A stretch of DNA of 62,272 bases, filler included, from Globobulimina sp. (GCA_003354225.1; 35 parts of 35 records of this genome joined end to end with filler, not necessarily neighbours in it); one strand, 5' to 3'; shown: positions 1 to 12,722, counted from the whole stretch's first letter. Program-made: numbers and translations. The notes: a model not told the origin generated them from the sequence alone.

Positions 1-538
1 ATGACATTCAAATCAGGCACCGGAGCCGGTGGCGTATCGTAGTCATGATCGATCCTCTCGATTTTTATTGAGTTTATTGAATGTATAGCAACTGCAGCGG
101 CTGGATTTGATTGCATTCCATTGTATATTTTATCCATTGTTTTATTTAAATATTCGATTTCTTTTAAAGTTATAGCATTTGGGTTGTTTAGTTTTGTTGT
201 ATTTTTGTTGAAATTTATAATAAAATTATAGATTTGTTCAAATTGTTTCGATATTTGATCAATTTTTAGTTTATCACTGTTAATGGAATGGTATGTCATA
301 TAATGTTGATAATCATCGTTGAAACTTTTGTGGAATAATTTAGCAATATCAACACGTGAATATCTACTACGAAACAATGCAAATTTGACAATTCGTTTGA
401 TACTTTGGCATTTTTCTACCGACGACGGACATACTGCGACATTTGGAGTAGTATACGTTGTGTTGTTTATATTTATCGTGTTTTCCTGCGTACCCATCGC
501 ATATATTCAAATTCATTGCCTATAGTTTCAAACAGAAG

Positions 539-913
539 CTACTTAACAGAGAAGATGGAGGATGTCATTGACTCGTTTGTGTTGTTATTGTTATTTCCAT
601 CCTGATTTACATTTATTTCGTGATATTCGTTTGGTTCATTTGCTGGGATTTGGGTTTGTGAAGATTCGGATAGCGATGTGCTCGATGTTATAGATTGGGT
701 TTGCTGCATTGTATTTGATGAAGTTTGTTGTGGTTGAATTTCATTTCCCATTGCGGATTGCGGACCAAATTGCGATGGAAACTGTGTTGATGTTGGCGTT
801 AACAAACCGATTAATTGTTGCTTAGTGTCTAAACCGGTTGGTAATGCTGAAATTAGATTTACCAAATTCGCAACATAATTATGGTTCAGCATGATTTCGT
901 AGTTGGTTAACAA
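539..913 (-). CDS. Hypothetical Q/S/N-rich protein N-terminus, probably continuing in broken frames toward the contig start
   Basis: 124-aa ORF divergent from the GST; coding-like but interrupted sequence downstream; no family recognised. Confidence 0.3.
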   Translation of the reverse strand: MLTNYEIMLNHNYVANLVNLISALPTGLDTKQQLIGLLTPTSTQFPSQFGPQSAMGNEIQPQQTSSNTMQQTQSITSSTSLSESSQTQIPANEPNEYHEINVNQDGNNNNNTNESMTSSIFSVK

Positions 914-973
914 ACTTAAATTAAATTAGTTTTTTTGATATTAACGTTTTTTATTTTTTAACTTAAAGTCACA

Positions 974-1683
974 ATGTCAAAGGTAAAAGTGTATGGCGTA
1001 GCTGCTTCGCAACCTGCACGAGCAGTGCTATTCCTTTTAGAACTTAAAAATGAGCCATATGAGTTCATAAAAGTAAATCCAACTGCTCCCCGATCAAAAA
1101 GAATGGATTATATCAATAAAATAAATCCAAGCGGAAAGATACCTGGTTTAGATGGTATAGTATTCAATTACAAATATTTGCATGTGTTACTACTGTGATA
1201 TACTGTAATTATACAATACGTAGATAATGGTTTTACTTTATATGAATCAGCAGCAATAATCACGTATTTAGCAACAAAGAATCAATGGGAAGATTTATAT
1301 CCATGTTCGGATTTAAAACGAAGAGCATTAATCGATCAATATCTTCATTGGCATCACGAGAATACACGTAAAGTAACCATAGGTTTTGTAGGAGTTTTAT
1401 TAAGAACAGATATTGATATATCTAAATATAATCCATCCACATTAATTACTACACGCAAATTGGCCAAGTATTCATTAGATATTATTGAAAAAGTATGGCT
1501 CTCCAAACATGATTATATTATTGATAATAAAGTATCATTAGCGGATATATTGTGTTATGAAGAAGTGGTACAATTAAAACAATGGGATCTCATTCAAAAT
1601 GCTAATACAAAATATCCAAATATCTTTAAATGGATTGATAGAATGTCAAAATTGAATGGACATGATAAGGCCCATCGTATTTT
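974..1683 (+). CDS. Glutathione S-transferase, theta-like (3' truncated); intron 1155-1223
   Basis: SQPARAV, NPSGKIP. Removing the 69-nt GT..AG intron gives GLDDNGFTLYESAAII..RALIDQYLHWHH..SLADI. Confidence 0.93.
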
Positions 1684-1783
1684 NNNNNNNNNNNNNNNNN
1701 NNNNNNNNNNNNNNNNNNNNNNNNNNNTTAATTAATTAANNNNNNNNNNNNNNNNNNNNNNNNNNNNNNNNNNNNNNNNNNNN
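1684..1783. other. Artificial contig spacer (first of 34; recurs every ~1782 bp to 60492-60591)
   Basis: N44-TTAATTAATTAA-N44 repeated identically. Inserts are 1683, then 1682, then 1681 bp, i.e. length-sorted concatenated contigs. Confidence 0.99.
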
Positions 1784-1962
1784 TTCCAAATATTGGTTCC
1801 AATCAAAATGTACAATTGAGAATGAATAGTATTTATCCACAGATTGTATCAATGGAGAATTCATGCTCTGATGTCTACAAACAGCGGTCAACAAAGCAGC
1901 ATGATTTAAAGTTGTTTTTTATTGCTGAAAATGTTTTTTTGAAGTATTAGCTAGCAATGCAA

Positions 1963-3466
1963 CTAAATCATTTTGACGTTATAGTTATCTTCCAATAACT
2001 GCAATGTCACCAAATTCATAATGGTAGTTATTCTTGGAAGTTCTGAACTAATTGCACTGTAATGTGGTGATGACGCACTCACTGTAAATGCCACAACACA
2101 GTTATACTGAGGTGCGAAGTTCATCATACTCCCACCATAACCTCCCCACCCATACCAATCAACACCTTGATACTTATAATGATTAAATCCACCCTGTGTA
2201 AAGGACGAATTATCACCCAAAAGCATATCAAATCGGCTTACATCATTAGCAATCATCCCATTCAATGAATCCCCATCAATAACCTCTCCACTAAGCAGCA
2301 TATACGATGCAGTTTTTGCAACTGAGTGTGCGTTGCTGATCAAAGAACTACTCATATGTCCCATTGCTAGATCGCCAGTAAACAGTTCACTTAACGCAGC
2401 TATACCATCCATCACATCCCATTCAGCTACATTTGAATTTGGAACTTTCCCCATATTCTCCACCAACCATTTTGTATGCGATAGTGTCATATTTGGACAC
2501 AACCTTTCATCCATGACAGTGGACGGACACATCTGTTTTGCATATAAATCATTAAAAAACTGATCAAATCCCACGTATATTGGTAATAGAGTATGGTACA
2601 AAGTCCAGTACATTGGCGGCTCACTAATATGGTACATTCGACTGGTATGTTTTGCATTGTTTTCCAACCCATCAAATGTTAAAAAATATTCCTGATCGCC
2701 AATATTTCCCGATAACTTCACTACAATTTCTTGCTTATAATAATCACTCATGCTTCGATGTTTAGGCTCGACATTCATAAATATTTGATTTAATAAATAA
2801 CCTCTATTTACAACATGATAAATGCGTGGGGACTCTTCAAAATATATTAAATATTCAGTATTCTCCAAAATTGCTTTTAAATCTTGATAAGTTGTTGAAT
2901 TTATCCTAATTTCATTCTCTTTGTTTGCTGTTAATATTATAAAAAATGTGTATTTATGCAATACAGTAACAGTGCACAATAAAAAATATAAAACACACCT
3001 AATATGATTCCATACCCAGCCTCATGTCGCAACACATCCGCTATTGTGACTGCGTATGGTTTATTATCAATGTTTATACCTTCATCGTTGCAATATTTCA
3101 CTAACGCTTTGAAATTAAAATTTGTTTTATTGGATGAATATGCATCAAAATATTGGGTCCATTTACTAAAGGGTAGAACTATTCGTTTGGTGGGGAATTC
3201 AGGCCAATATTTTGTGACAGGATCATTGTATGATTTTATCCATTTATTTTGTTTGGCGACTCCGATAAGCATAGCAGCAAAATTTTTGCCTGTGGAAAAC
3301 AGTGGAAATAATGAGTTTTGATCCAATGCGGCAAGTTTGACATCATCGCGTGCAAAGATATTTAATTTTTCTTTATTATTTACAAATACACTCAATTGCG
3401 TTCCTGTGCTATAACCGTTTCTGACCCATTGCTGCATGATTTGTTTTAATGGTTTTAAATATATTG
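1963..3466 (-). CDS. Serine hydrolase, beta-lactamase/PBP fold (likely 5' partial); intron 2928-2998
   Basis: FSTGK (SxxK), DPVTKYWPEF, TIADVLRHEAG, GWGGYGGS. A 71-nt intron joins the two ORFs in frame (GIIL|ANKEN). Confidence 0.88.
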
Positions 3467-3600
3467 NNNNNNNNNNNNNNNNNNNNNNNNNNNNNNNNNN
3501 NNNNNNNNNNTTAATTAATTAANNNNNNNNNNNNNNNNNNNNNNNNNNNNNNNNNNNNNNNNNNNNCAACACAGGCCCCAAACTGCTTGACTAAACGATA

Positions 3601-5230
3601 ATGTTGTTCAATCGTTGTTCAATCGCTGATGACTGGAAAACAGCGTTAGTATGCCCAATTTTTAAAAAAGGGAGAAATTGTAAAGTGTCCAATTACCGAC
3701 CTCTATCTCAAACATCATATGTCTGTAAATCACTAGAAAAAATTGTACGTAAATCAATTTTAGGCCTTTTCTCTCCACATTTATCTAGGTTTCAACATGG
3801 GTTTAGGTCTAAACGATCTACTGTAACTCAGATGTTAGAGTGTTTAAGTGATTGGACTACTTTTCTTCAACAAGGGTGTGATACTGATGTTATTTATCTT
3901 GATTTTGCTAAAGCCTTTGATACTGTTTCACATCAAAAATTACTATTTAAACTTGAAAAATATGGCGTAACTGGTAAAGCTCTTAAGTGGATATCTGCTT
4001 TTCTTACTGGTAGAACTCAAAGGGTATATATAGGCTCAGAGGTATCTTCCACTATTCCCGTACATAGTTCTGTCCCTCAGGGTACAATACTTGGCTCTAC
4101 ATTTTTTAATATCTTTATTGATGATATAGTAGACTGTGTCCCTAACTCTAATATTAAATTATTTGCTGATGATGTCAAACTTTATCGTAAAATAAAAGAT
4201 ATAAATTTAGACCCTGTATCCCTCCAATTTGATCTCGATAGTATTGTTGAGTGGTCTAAAAAGTGGCAATTAAGATTATCTGAAACCAAGTGTCAAACTT
4301 TAAATATCTCAAATCGTAATAACGCTAAAACCATATATTCTATTGAAAACCACCAGTTGGAATCTGTGCCTTCAATAAGAGACCTGGGGTATACTGTGTC
4401 ATCTAATTTAAAATTTTCTTTGCACTGTAGGATAATTTCGACAAAAGCACTTAGGACATCGGCTCTAATTTTCCGTGTTTTCCGTAGTAAAACTATTGAT
4501 ACTTTATTAAGAGCTTATAAAATATATGTTCGACCTATAATTGAATCTGGACCATCAGTGTGGAATCCACACTTATGCAAGGATATTGAGATAATCGAAA
4601 GGGTTCAAAGATATTTTACTAGACGTATACTTAAAAGATGTAACATTCCAAAAAAGTCGTACAATGACAGGCTTAATTTTTTAAAATTGGAAACTTTGGA
4701 GAGACGACGGATTAGAGCTGATCTTTCTTTGTGTTATAAAATGCGTAATAATTTAATTGACCTTGATTTTAATCAATTTTTTGAGATTAGAGAGGGTACT
4801 ACTCGTGGTCACTCAGCTAAATTAGTTATTAAAAAGAGTAGAATCAATGTACGAAAATTCTTCTTTGCCAATAGGGTTATTAACCAATGGAATAGACTGA
4901 CAGAGGAACAAATAGCCGCCCGTTCTTTCGGCGCCTTTAAAGTTAATCTTACTGTTAAAAACCACAAATTGCGGTTTGGATAAGTGCTACGGCCACCAAA
5001 CCGTTTTCACTGACCTCGGATCATTATCTTTGTGTTTGTCCCGGTTAGCCTGATATACAGTTTTTTGTTACTAATATTGTTAACTAATTTTATAGGTACA
5101 ATCTGTTTAGTATATTATGTTATGTTAGGATAATATTATACAGTATGTAGTGATGAAAATTATTGAAAAATTTATTCAATGTAACAGTGAATAAAATTAT
5201 AAATATAAAAAAAATAAATATAAATAATTC
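3601..5230 (+). mobile_element. 5'-truncated CR1/L2-type non-LTR retrotransposon (RT ORF 3601-4983, 3'UTR, A-rich tail)
   Basis: NYRPLS, QHGFR, YLDFAKAFDTV, VPQG, LFADD; CR1-type C-terminus TRGHS..R..FFANRVINQWN; A-rich tail ~5190-5227. Confidence 0.93.
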
Positions 5231-5480
5231 AATTACACTTACTTCCAATNNNNNNNNNNNNNNNNNNNNNNNNNNNNNNNNNNNNNNNNNNNNTTAATTA
5301 ATTAANNNNNNNNNNNNNNNNNNNNNNNNNNNNNNNNNNNNNNNNNNNNTGGCACCGTAACTATATTGCATTCAAACAATGCACTGATTGTCTGATTCTA
5401 ATCTTTAAATTCAATTATGGTTAATTCTACAACGTTTGTTTTTTTATCATTGCCTGGAAACTTCTGTCAATTTCTGATCT

Positions 5481-7032
5481 ATGAAACAGTATTCGCGATT
5501 ATTCAAACCCAATGTGTCTATCATCAAAAATATCAAATGTCCCAATTTTAGCCACTACCAATTCTGTGCATCGCCACGAATTCACGAAGCCACCGCAACA
5601 CAAATAGAAACAGAAAGGGTTCAATCCATCGATACTGAGAATGTGTCAATGGACCCTAAGAAATTGCGCAAAAAACTAAAACGAAAACACAAATTCGACC
5701 AAATCCGAAGTCTAAAAACGCTGCGAGAAGTTAAAAAATACGGACTAAACTATCACGGAATTGACACTTCAAAGGATTTCCTGAACCAAATACAACTGGT
5801 CAATGATGACGAAAACAGCGAAGAAAATAAAAGCAGACCAAGCGAAGATGACTTATATTTCGATGGACTGAAAAAAAGAGATTTACATAATTTTGACTAC
5901 ACAGATGTAGATATTGAGAATATCCGCTCAGAAACATATAAAATGGAACAATATTATGACGCAAAAGACAAAAAACAAGAAATCGACACTCAAATCAATG
6001 AGTTTGGTGCCACATTTGCCTCATTAGGCATTGGCAAACAATTATGTTCCGGATTAGAATGGAAAGGAATTGGCTCGCCGACCGAGATACAAATCAAAGT
6101 GATACCACATTTATTATATAAAATGGATTTGATCGCGGACATAAATGGCAATGACAACATAACCAAGAACATCAAGAAACACATTGTGGAATTAACCATA
6201 TTCGGAGAAAGAACAGGGAGAGGAAAAACTTTTGCGTATTTATTGCCAGTGATACAAGCCATAAAACGTGACATTGAAGTTTCAAACATTCCATTGCGAA
6301 TTACTAGACCTCGCGCATTAATTCTTGCCCCTACACGCGAGTTATGTGAGCAAATAAGAAACGTAATTTGCGATTTATCTCCGTTTATTGGAATCTCATC
6401 GTGTGTATTGACTGCGGGGATAAGTACGAAAAACCAACTTAAAAAACTTCGTACTGGCATTGATATTGTTGTTGGTACACCGAAGAGAGTCAAAGAGCAC
6501 ATTGACATATCGTCACGGATTAATCCACACTCACAGAATGTGTTCAGTTTAGTGGATACGAGGTATGTGATCTTGGATGAAGGGGATGTTTTGTTAAATG
6601 AAGGTTTTTGGGAAGATGAAGTGTATAATATCTTAAGCCGAGTCGGTTGTTTTAAAGCGAATGAAGTTGACATAAAAGCAAATAAAAATGTCAAAGGTGG
6701 GGTCGAGAAAGTTAATAAAGTTACAAAATATTCTAAACCAATACAACTGATCATATCATCGGCCACCATGACACAAAACGATATCACAAAATTCTGTGAT
6801 AGTTTAGGATTCAATCCGGGCATAAAAATGATAAATACGCAATCGCTGCATTGTATATTACCTGCCATAAATATGTATTTTTGGGATGTGTCCGACTCGG
6901 AATGTGATAAGTTACAAACATTAAAATTGTTATTAAGACAAGAACAAATTATTTATAATGCAAAATTAAAAGAGAAATATGATAAAAATTTAGATTTTAA
7001 ATTGTTGGAGAAGCAGATAAATAAAGTAAACA
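5481..7032 (+). CDS. DEAD-box RNA helicase, probably mitochondrial (DDX28/MRH4/RH39-like; 3' truncated)
   Basis: Q-motif (F..LG..PTEIQ), RTGRGKT, LAPTREL, GTP, LDEGD, SAT; basic presequence-like N-terminus. Confidence 0.88.
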
Positions 7033-7132
7033 NNNNNNNNNNNNNNNNNNNNNNNNNNNNNNNNNNNNNNNNNNNNTTAATTAATTAANNNNNNNNNNNN
7101 NNNNNNNNNNNNNNNNNNNNNNNNNNNNNNNN

Positions 7133-7448
7133 ACTTCGTTACAACAGTCCAATCAGTTGGGACTAGCTGACCTAGAGAAGGTAAACTGGTAACACCTGAA
7201 CACATCCATTGTCCATCTTTTTTTGTTTGTACACATGATCTGCATAGACTCTTTGATTCAATTTTTACAGTTCCAGAGTGACTCTGGACATCCTTTCTTT
7301 TCCTAATCTGTATAGATATTTTCTCAGTTCTCCATTTTAATACTTCCGCATATCCACTCATCTCATCTGGAGATACTTGAATAGTATCACCGGTACCGTG
7401 ACAATGCAATATTCCAATTGCCAATATAAAAAACAATGATAGAATCAT
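7133..7448 (-). CDS. Secreted hypothetical protein (3' truncated)
   Basis: Signal-peptide-like MILSLFFILAIGILHCHG; open to contig edge. Confidence 0.5.
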
Positions 7449-7726
7449 ATTTGTTGGATTTCAAATTAAATTCAAATTGCAAAAGTGAAGTTTATCAGAT
7501 TGTATAATGTATAAAATGATTCATAATCGATACCCATAAGTCATAATCTGTAGAATTAGACAGCAGCAGAAAATAATGTCTGTTAAATTATGATTTTGAT
7601 TGTTGGATGAATTAGCAAAAAATAAAGAATACGATGCATCTTCATGACAGCAATTATTTTGGTCGACGACATGATGCAAATGAAAGAGTCAAGTCAAAAC
7701 TGTAAACAATCTTATTCAATGTCATT

Positions 7727-8815
7727 CTAATATAAATCTAAATTTATGTTATTTCTATTCCTAATTCCTTTCAAATCCTTTTTAACAATTGGTAATATTA
7801 AGAATGCGCCAATTAGCAGTTCACCGGCTAACATTGCATATACCCATTGACTCTTTAAGATCCATGCTGCCACATAATCCGATACAGCCGCACCAATAGA
7901 CCCCGTACCATCAATTATCCCCGAGACAGTTGAAAATGAGGCTGGATTTCCTTTTGTTTCTTGCAATATGCCAATATCTGTTGCCATGACACTCGATATT
8001 AAATTTGTGGGGCCGCCGACAAAAAATCCTGCAGCGAAACATAATACACCATATAATATCATATATTGATGAGGTTTAAAATATAATGCAAAAACCAGCG
8101 GAATGGACAATAATAAAAATAATAAAATTATGGGTGAGCGACCATGTTTACTTAATACCTTATATCGATCAGTAAAATATCCACAAATCCAACCACCAAA
8201 AATGGAACCAATATTAAATAAAATTAGAAAATTACCACTTGCTTCATTTGAGAGATTATCCCAATCACTGCCAAAATATCCAAACCAAAAAAAAATTGTA
8301 TAGTTGACACCTTTCAAACACGCAAAAAATATCCCATACCGCAGTACATGTGGTAACTGCAATGCTTTTCTGAATGATATCCTATTTTCGAAGGATGGCA
8401 CACTTTCATCACTGTCTGTTTCCACTCCATACTCATATTCTTTTTTCTGTCGATGTTTCTTATCATCGCTGTCATGGTCATCATTCTTTAATAAATGTTG
8501 CCTGTTAATCTTATCATTTATTGATCCGTGATCAGCATTGCTGGCTGGATATGTTTGAACAAGTAACAGTACAACATTTGCAACAAGAAATGCTTGCAAT
8601 GCGACCAAATAAAAAGCAGTTTGTATGGGCAAATTATAGTGTTCAACTACAGAGACATAGGCTATTCCTATTATATTGCCAACGTATTGGTGTGCTGCCC
8701 AGATCCCAAATATTAAGCCGATGCTATCATAGCCTTTAAAGATAAACCACGATTTCCTTTCGAGTGGTGATGAATAAGAGAACCAATTTCCAATTAGTTT
8801 AACACCGGTCGGCCA
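7727..8815 (-). CDS. MFS sugar-phosphate/glycerol-3-phosphate exchanger, SLC37/GlpT family (5' truncated)
   Basis: Frame open to contig edge with WPTGVKLIGNWF..IFGIW; CLKGVNYTIFFW, GGPTNLISS, STVSGIIDGTGSIGAA. Confidence 0.92.
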   Translation of the reverse strand, partial: WPTGVKLIGNWFSYSSPLERKSWFIFKGYDSIGLIFGIWAAHQYVGNIIGIAYVSVVEHYNLPIQTAFYLVALQAFLVANVVLLLVQTYPASNADHGSINDKINRQHLLKNDDHDSDDKKHRQKKEYEYGVETDSDESVPSFENRISFRKALQLPHVLRYGIFFACLKGVNYTIFFWFGYFGSDWDNLSNEASGNFLILFNIGSIFGGWICGYFTDRYKVLSKHGRSPIILLFLLLSIPLVFALYFKPHQYMILYGVLCFAAGFFVGGPTNLISSVMATDIGILQETKGNPASFSTVSGIIDGTGSIGAAVSDYVAAWILKSQWVYAMLAGELLIGAFLILPIVKKDLKGIRNRNNINLDLY

Positions 8816-9847
8816 NNNNNNNNNNNNNNNNNNNNNNNNNNNNNNNNNNNNNNNNNNNNTTAATTAATTAANNNNNNNNNNNNNNNNNNNNNNNNNNNNN
8901 NNNNNNNNNNNNNNNTTCGCCATCTGTCGCCACAACACATTGCAAACTATGCAGCGGTGATTCAACACGATTTATTACAAAATATCGCCAAACGGCACAA
9001 CAATAAAACTTCCCGCTCCAAACTGGAAATGCGCAGATTGTATAATTTATATTATAATGAGTTTCATAGTGACTCCTATTTGAAAAATGATAAGTACACA
9101 ACTAATTTCTTCGACTTTATTCATTATGATACGCCATATATCGATGTAAACACAAATGGGTCTCTCATGCTTTATGATTTGAGCTATTATGATAATGGCC
9201 ATGGTGCAGAGGTACGCAATCGTGGCTAAATCAGGCTCGTTGAGGTCGCTTGAATTGAGAATTGGAGAAACTAACGGAGTGCAGCAACACGATTACACCA
9301 AACAAATTAAAATTTCAGAAAAAATATCTGAAAAAATATCAGAAAAAAAAACAGAAAGTCATTCCTAAAACTTACTATTGACAAACATAATAAACATAGA
9401 TTTAAACAAAGAAATCGAAAAAAACTAAAAAATTGTAACTGCTCGGATGTGTCCTATACATAATCAATTTTCTTCACCCAATCCATTGGATGGGACTTTT
9501 CACATTTAAAAAATAATAAAACAATTTCTCATCCTAAATGAATCGTATAAAAAAAGAAAATAAGAACAAAAAAACTCAGACCTCAGTTTAGAGCTAGTCA
9601 TCATTATCATCATCTTTTTCATGACTTGTGGTACAATACAATACTATTATTATTAGTTTTGGTTTGCGATCGATATCACTGTGGGCCTGTCACCAATGTA
9701 CATCATTAAATGATTATGATTCTACTTTACAATATGCCAAAAGACTGCAACAATGATATAACATTTGCCTGTTTGAGTGGAATAAATACTATGATGCATA
9801 TCGACACAAAGTCATTTCCATTTTAGGTTTTTTTTTTGTAATTGATC

Positions 9848-10598
9848 ATGGCGGCGAGCAAAATTAGTAATTACATTGTTCATTTCTCACAGAATGCATG
9901 TCGTGAAGTGATGGAGATTTTGATTCAAGGTTTTATGTGCATTTATTGAAAAAAACCAAACCAAACAAAAGAAAACAAAACAAAACAAAAAAATAGATAA
10001 TGAAATAAGTTTATCGGAGTCGAGTTTGGCTCTGGGAAAAGGCGTAGATTTTGTTACCAGGGATTATGGCATTGTGTACGTGACAGAAAAAGAAATGAAC
10101 GGCAAAGTAAAAGATTTTTTGCCGAGGATATTGACATTAATTTATCAACACAAATATCTAAAATCGCAGGGCAAATTGGATAAAAATAGCAAAGATGCTT
10201 TGAACTTTGAATTTGCTCAAAAAATGGTGTATATACATTGTGGTCATAATGAGGAGAATGGTGAAAAAGCATTGTCGCTGCAAATGTTCCTGACGGACCA
10301 TGGGATTCCACACGTTTTGGTTCAGGACGGAGTTCACGCTGCGAAATTAATAAAATATATTGCCACACACGTTTATCAGCGATTTATTACATCCTCGAAT
10401 TCTAAATCGAACAATGAGTGGCGGAAAGATGATGATCTGCTCAATGGTTCATTGAAAAGCATAATATTGAAACTGCCGCATGTCACAGAAAAAAACAATG
10501 AGGAAATAATCAAACACTTTCAATGTATGGGAGCCATTGTCAATGCCAATAAAGACCAACTTCGAGTTGCTTTTACGCCGAAACAGACTCATTTTATT
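9848..10598 (+). CDS. FAAP24: FAAP24-like XPF/ERCC4-family pseudonuclease with HhH2 domain (3' truncated); intron 9930-9996
   Basis: Spliced MAASK..IQ|DNEIS..VDF..IVYVTEKE, LQMFLTDHGIPHVLV..AAKLI and LKLPHV..IIKHFQCMGAIVNA resemble FAAP24 (LYVTEADL, LQKF..DLG, IPGVG..LLQKF.SI..L.NA). Confidence 0.65.
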
Positions 10599-10698
10599 NN
10601 NNNNNNNNNNNNNNNNNNNNNNNNNNNNNNNNNNNNNNNNNNTTAATTAATTAANNNNNNNNNNNNNNNNNNNNNNNNNNNNNNNNNNNNNNNNNNNN

Positions 10699-12229
10699 CT
10701 TTTGCTTTTTTTGATACTATTTCAATTTCTGTTCGTTGCGTCATCATTTGCTCTGTAATTTGTTCTGTTATTTGCTGCTTCATTTCCTGCAAAGAATCTT
10801 GTTTTAATGTAATAAATTTTGCTTCCACTTTTCTGAATATATCATCAAATCGTTGTTCTACGGAATTAAAATACGCAGCAAATACATCTAACCTATCTTT
10901 ATCGGAAATACTTACTTTCTCATTTTCTGCAGCTGCGGAGATCACAGATTCTTTCCCTTCATCAGCATCACTTATATCACCTATATCAATTTGTGATTCT
11001 TCCATCACTGCGATGTGAAATTGAGGAGGTATTTCGTCACTTATTTCATTTGGATGTGGAAGTGGATCCAGTTCAAGAGGTGCTGGACACGGTGGTATAG
11101 CTACGGACGAACGATGAGGTAATGGAGGTTTAAAAGGTCTCAAAGTATGTGCGATTTCCCCCTTTATTTCAGGTAATGGTGCATGTGGTGGTTTATTTGG
11201 ATGGATATCAATTACATTTTCCTTTTTCTTTTCCTTTTTGGATGGTGGTTTCCTTTTCCTTTTTCTTTTTCTTAATTGATTATCATCGACAACATCAACA
11301 ACATGTTGTTTGGCTAAAAAAATGGCTTCAAAATTCACAGAAATATTTATTATAAAATTATTATATAATTTTAATTCAGCAAATGATAATAAATTATCTG
11401 TGCAATATGCACATGAAGAATCATACGAAAATTTATGGATAGCATTGGTGGCAATATCTATAGCTTGGCAATGTATGCTGAATGGTATCAATTTATTATG
11501 CATTATTGCAGGCACTCCCATCCATTGTAAACAAATACAAACTTGCCCTTTTTTCTTAGTTGGTCGTCCATTTGGAAATATTTTGACAGAAAACAGACTA
11601 TGAATTATTGGAGAAAGAAAACATATGCCATATGAAGCTGTCTTCATTTTAGACAAGATTTTGTCTTTAATATTCCATTCAAACTGTTGTTTATTTGTTG
11701 TTTGAACGTGTTTCTTCTTGTTTGTGTCTAACATTTTAATGCCAACAATCAATGTTAATTTCCTTTGGTCGATAGTTAACAATGCATTCCATTTTAGAGG
11801 TTTATTGGAGGATAATTGAAAAATGGAGATATCGCTTGCTAATGTTTGACAGCAATAAAAACTGGCACAAATAATGGAGTTATGTGATGACGGAGGTATA
11901 CGTATTGCTTTTAATGATAATTGAAATTCATTCTTAACCCATTGGGATGCAGTCAATTGAAATGTAATTTTGTGCATAACGAAAGGTGCTGAAATATTTT
12001 GCCATGTAATGTTATGCATAGTGAAAGGTGATGGAATGTTATCATTATTGGTTATTACCCATTTGTAGCTATCGAACCCGGCTGATATTATACAGTCAGT
12101 GGTATATGATTGAATTATATGGGTAAGTTGTGGTGCATTATTAATGGCTGTCGGTGATATTAGTAGCAACCCATAGTGTACATAACCACTAATAGTACTA
12201 TACCAGTTGACATGATTCATAAATACCAC
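10699..12229 (-). CDS. MATH/TRAF-like domain protein with NLS, Pro-rich linker and coiled coil (3' truncated)
   Basis: FEWNIK..FLSP..KIFPNG..VCICLQ..FIINISV pattern; KRKRKRK; C-terminal heptads. Confidence 0.6.
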
Positions 12230-12317
12230 TTTTGAAGCGAAAAATATTGATTTGGTATTAAATGGGAAATGAACAAAGTACTTTCCCTGTCGTCGATTGA
12301 GCGAGTTGTGTGGCGTA

Positions 12318-12381
12318 ATCCAATATAAGAGAATCGAACTCTGGTACTTGGTGTATATTCACTAACTGCGGGGATCGAACC
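12318..12381 (-). pseudogene. tRNA-like/SINE-like fragment cut by contig edge
   Basis: Minus strand GGTTCGATCCCC (B-box/T-arm) followed ~30 nt later by GAGTTCGATTCTC. Confidence 0.35.
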
Positions 12382-12481
12382 NNNNNNNNNNNNNNNNNNN
12401 NNNNNNNNNNNNNNNNNNNNNNNNNTTAATTAATTAANNNNNNNNNNNNNNNNNNNNNNNNNNNNNNNNNNNNNNNNNNNN

Positions 12482-12574
12482 ATTATGCCTAATTTTATGA
12501 AGGCTGTGCCCGCAATAAGTATCAGTTATCTTGTATTTGAAAAAACAAAGCCGTTGTTGGCTCCATTTGTGTAA
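12482..12574 (+). CDS. C-terminus of a mitochondrial carrier (SCaMC/ATP-Mg/Pi-like)
   Basis: IMPNFMKAVPAISISYLVFEKTK..* matches PNFMKVIPAVSISYVVYE of SLC25A23-25. Confidence 0.8.
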   Translation: MMPNFMKAVPAISISYLVFEKTKPLLAPFV

Positions 12575-12722
12575 TTTCATTTTTGTTACGTATTTTCCAA
12601 CCCAAACTCAAGGTTTTTTTTATTTGTTTTAATTTAAAAAAGACATCAAAACGTACAAGCCACTGCAGTTAACTCGACGCATATTATACAGAAACATTAT
12701 ACAGAAACAAGTAGCGCCAAAC

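Noticed and set aside
1963-3466. Antibiotic-resistance beta-lactamase
   Set aside because: Intron-containing esterase-type member of the fold, common in eukaryotes; no evidence of lactamase activity.
5990-6868. Long antisense ORFs (also 14590-14979, 42073-42504, 50626-51171, 26101-26607)
   Set aside because: Shadows of well-supported genes on the opposite strand; no motifs.
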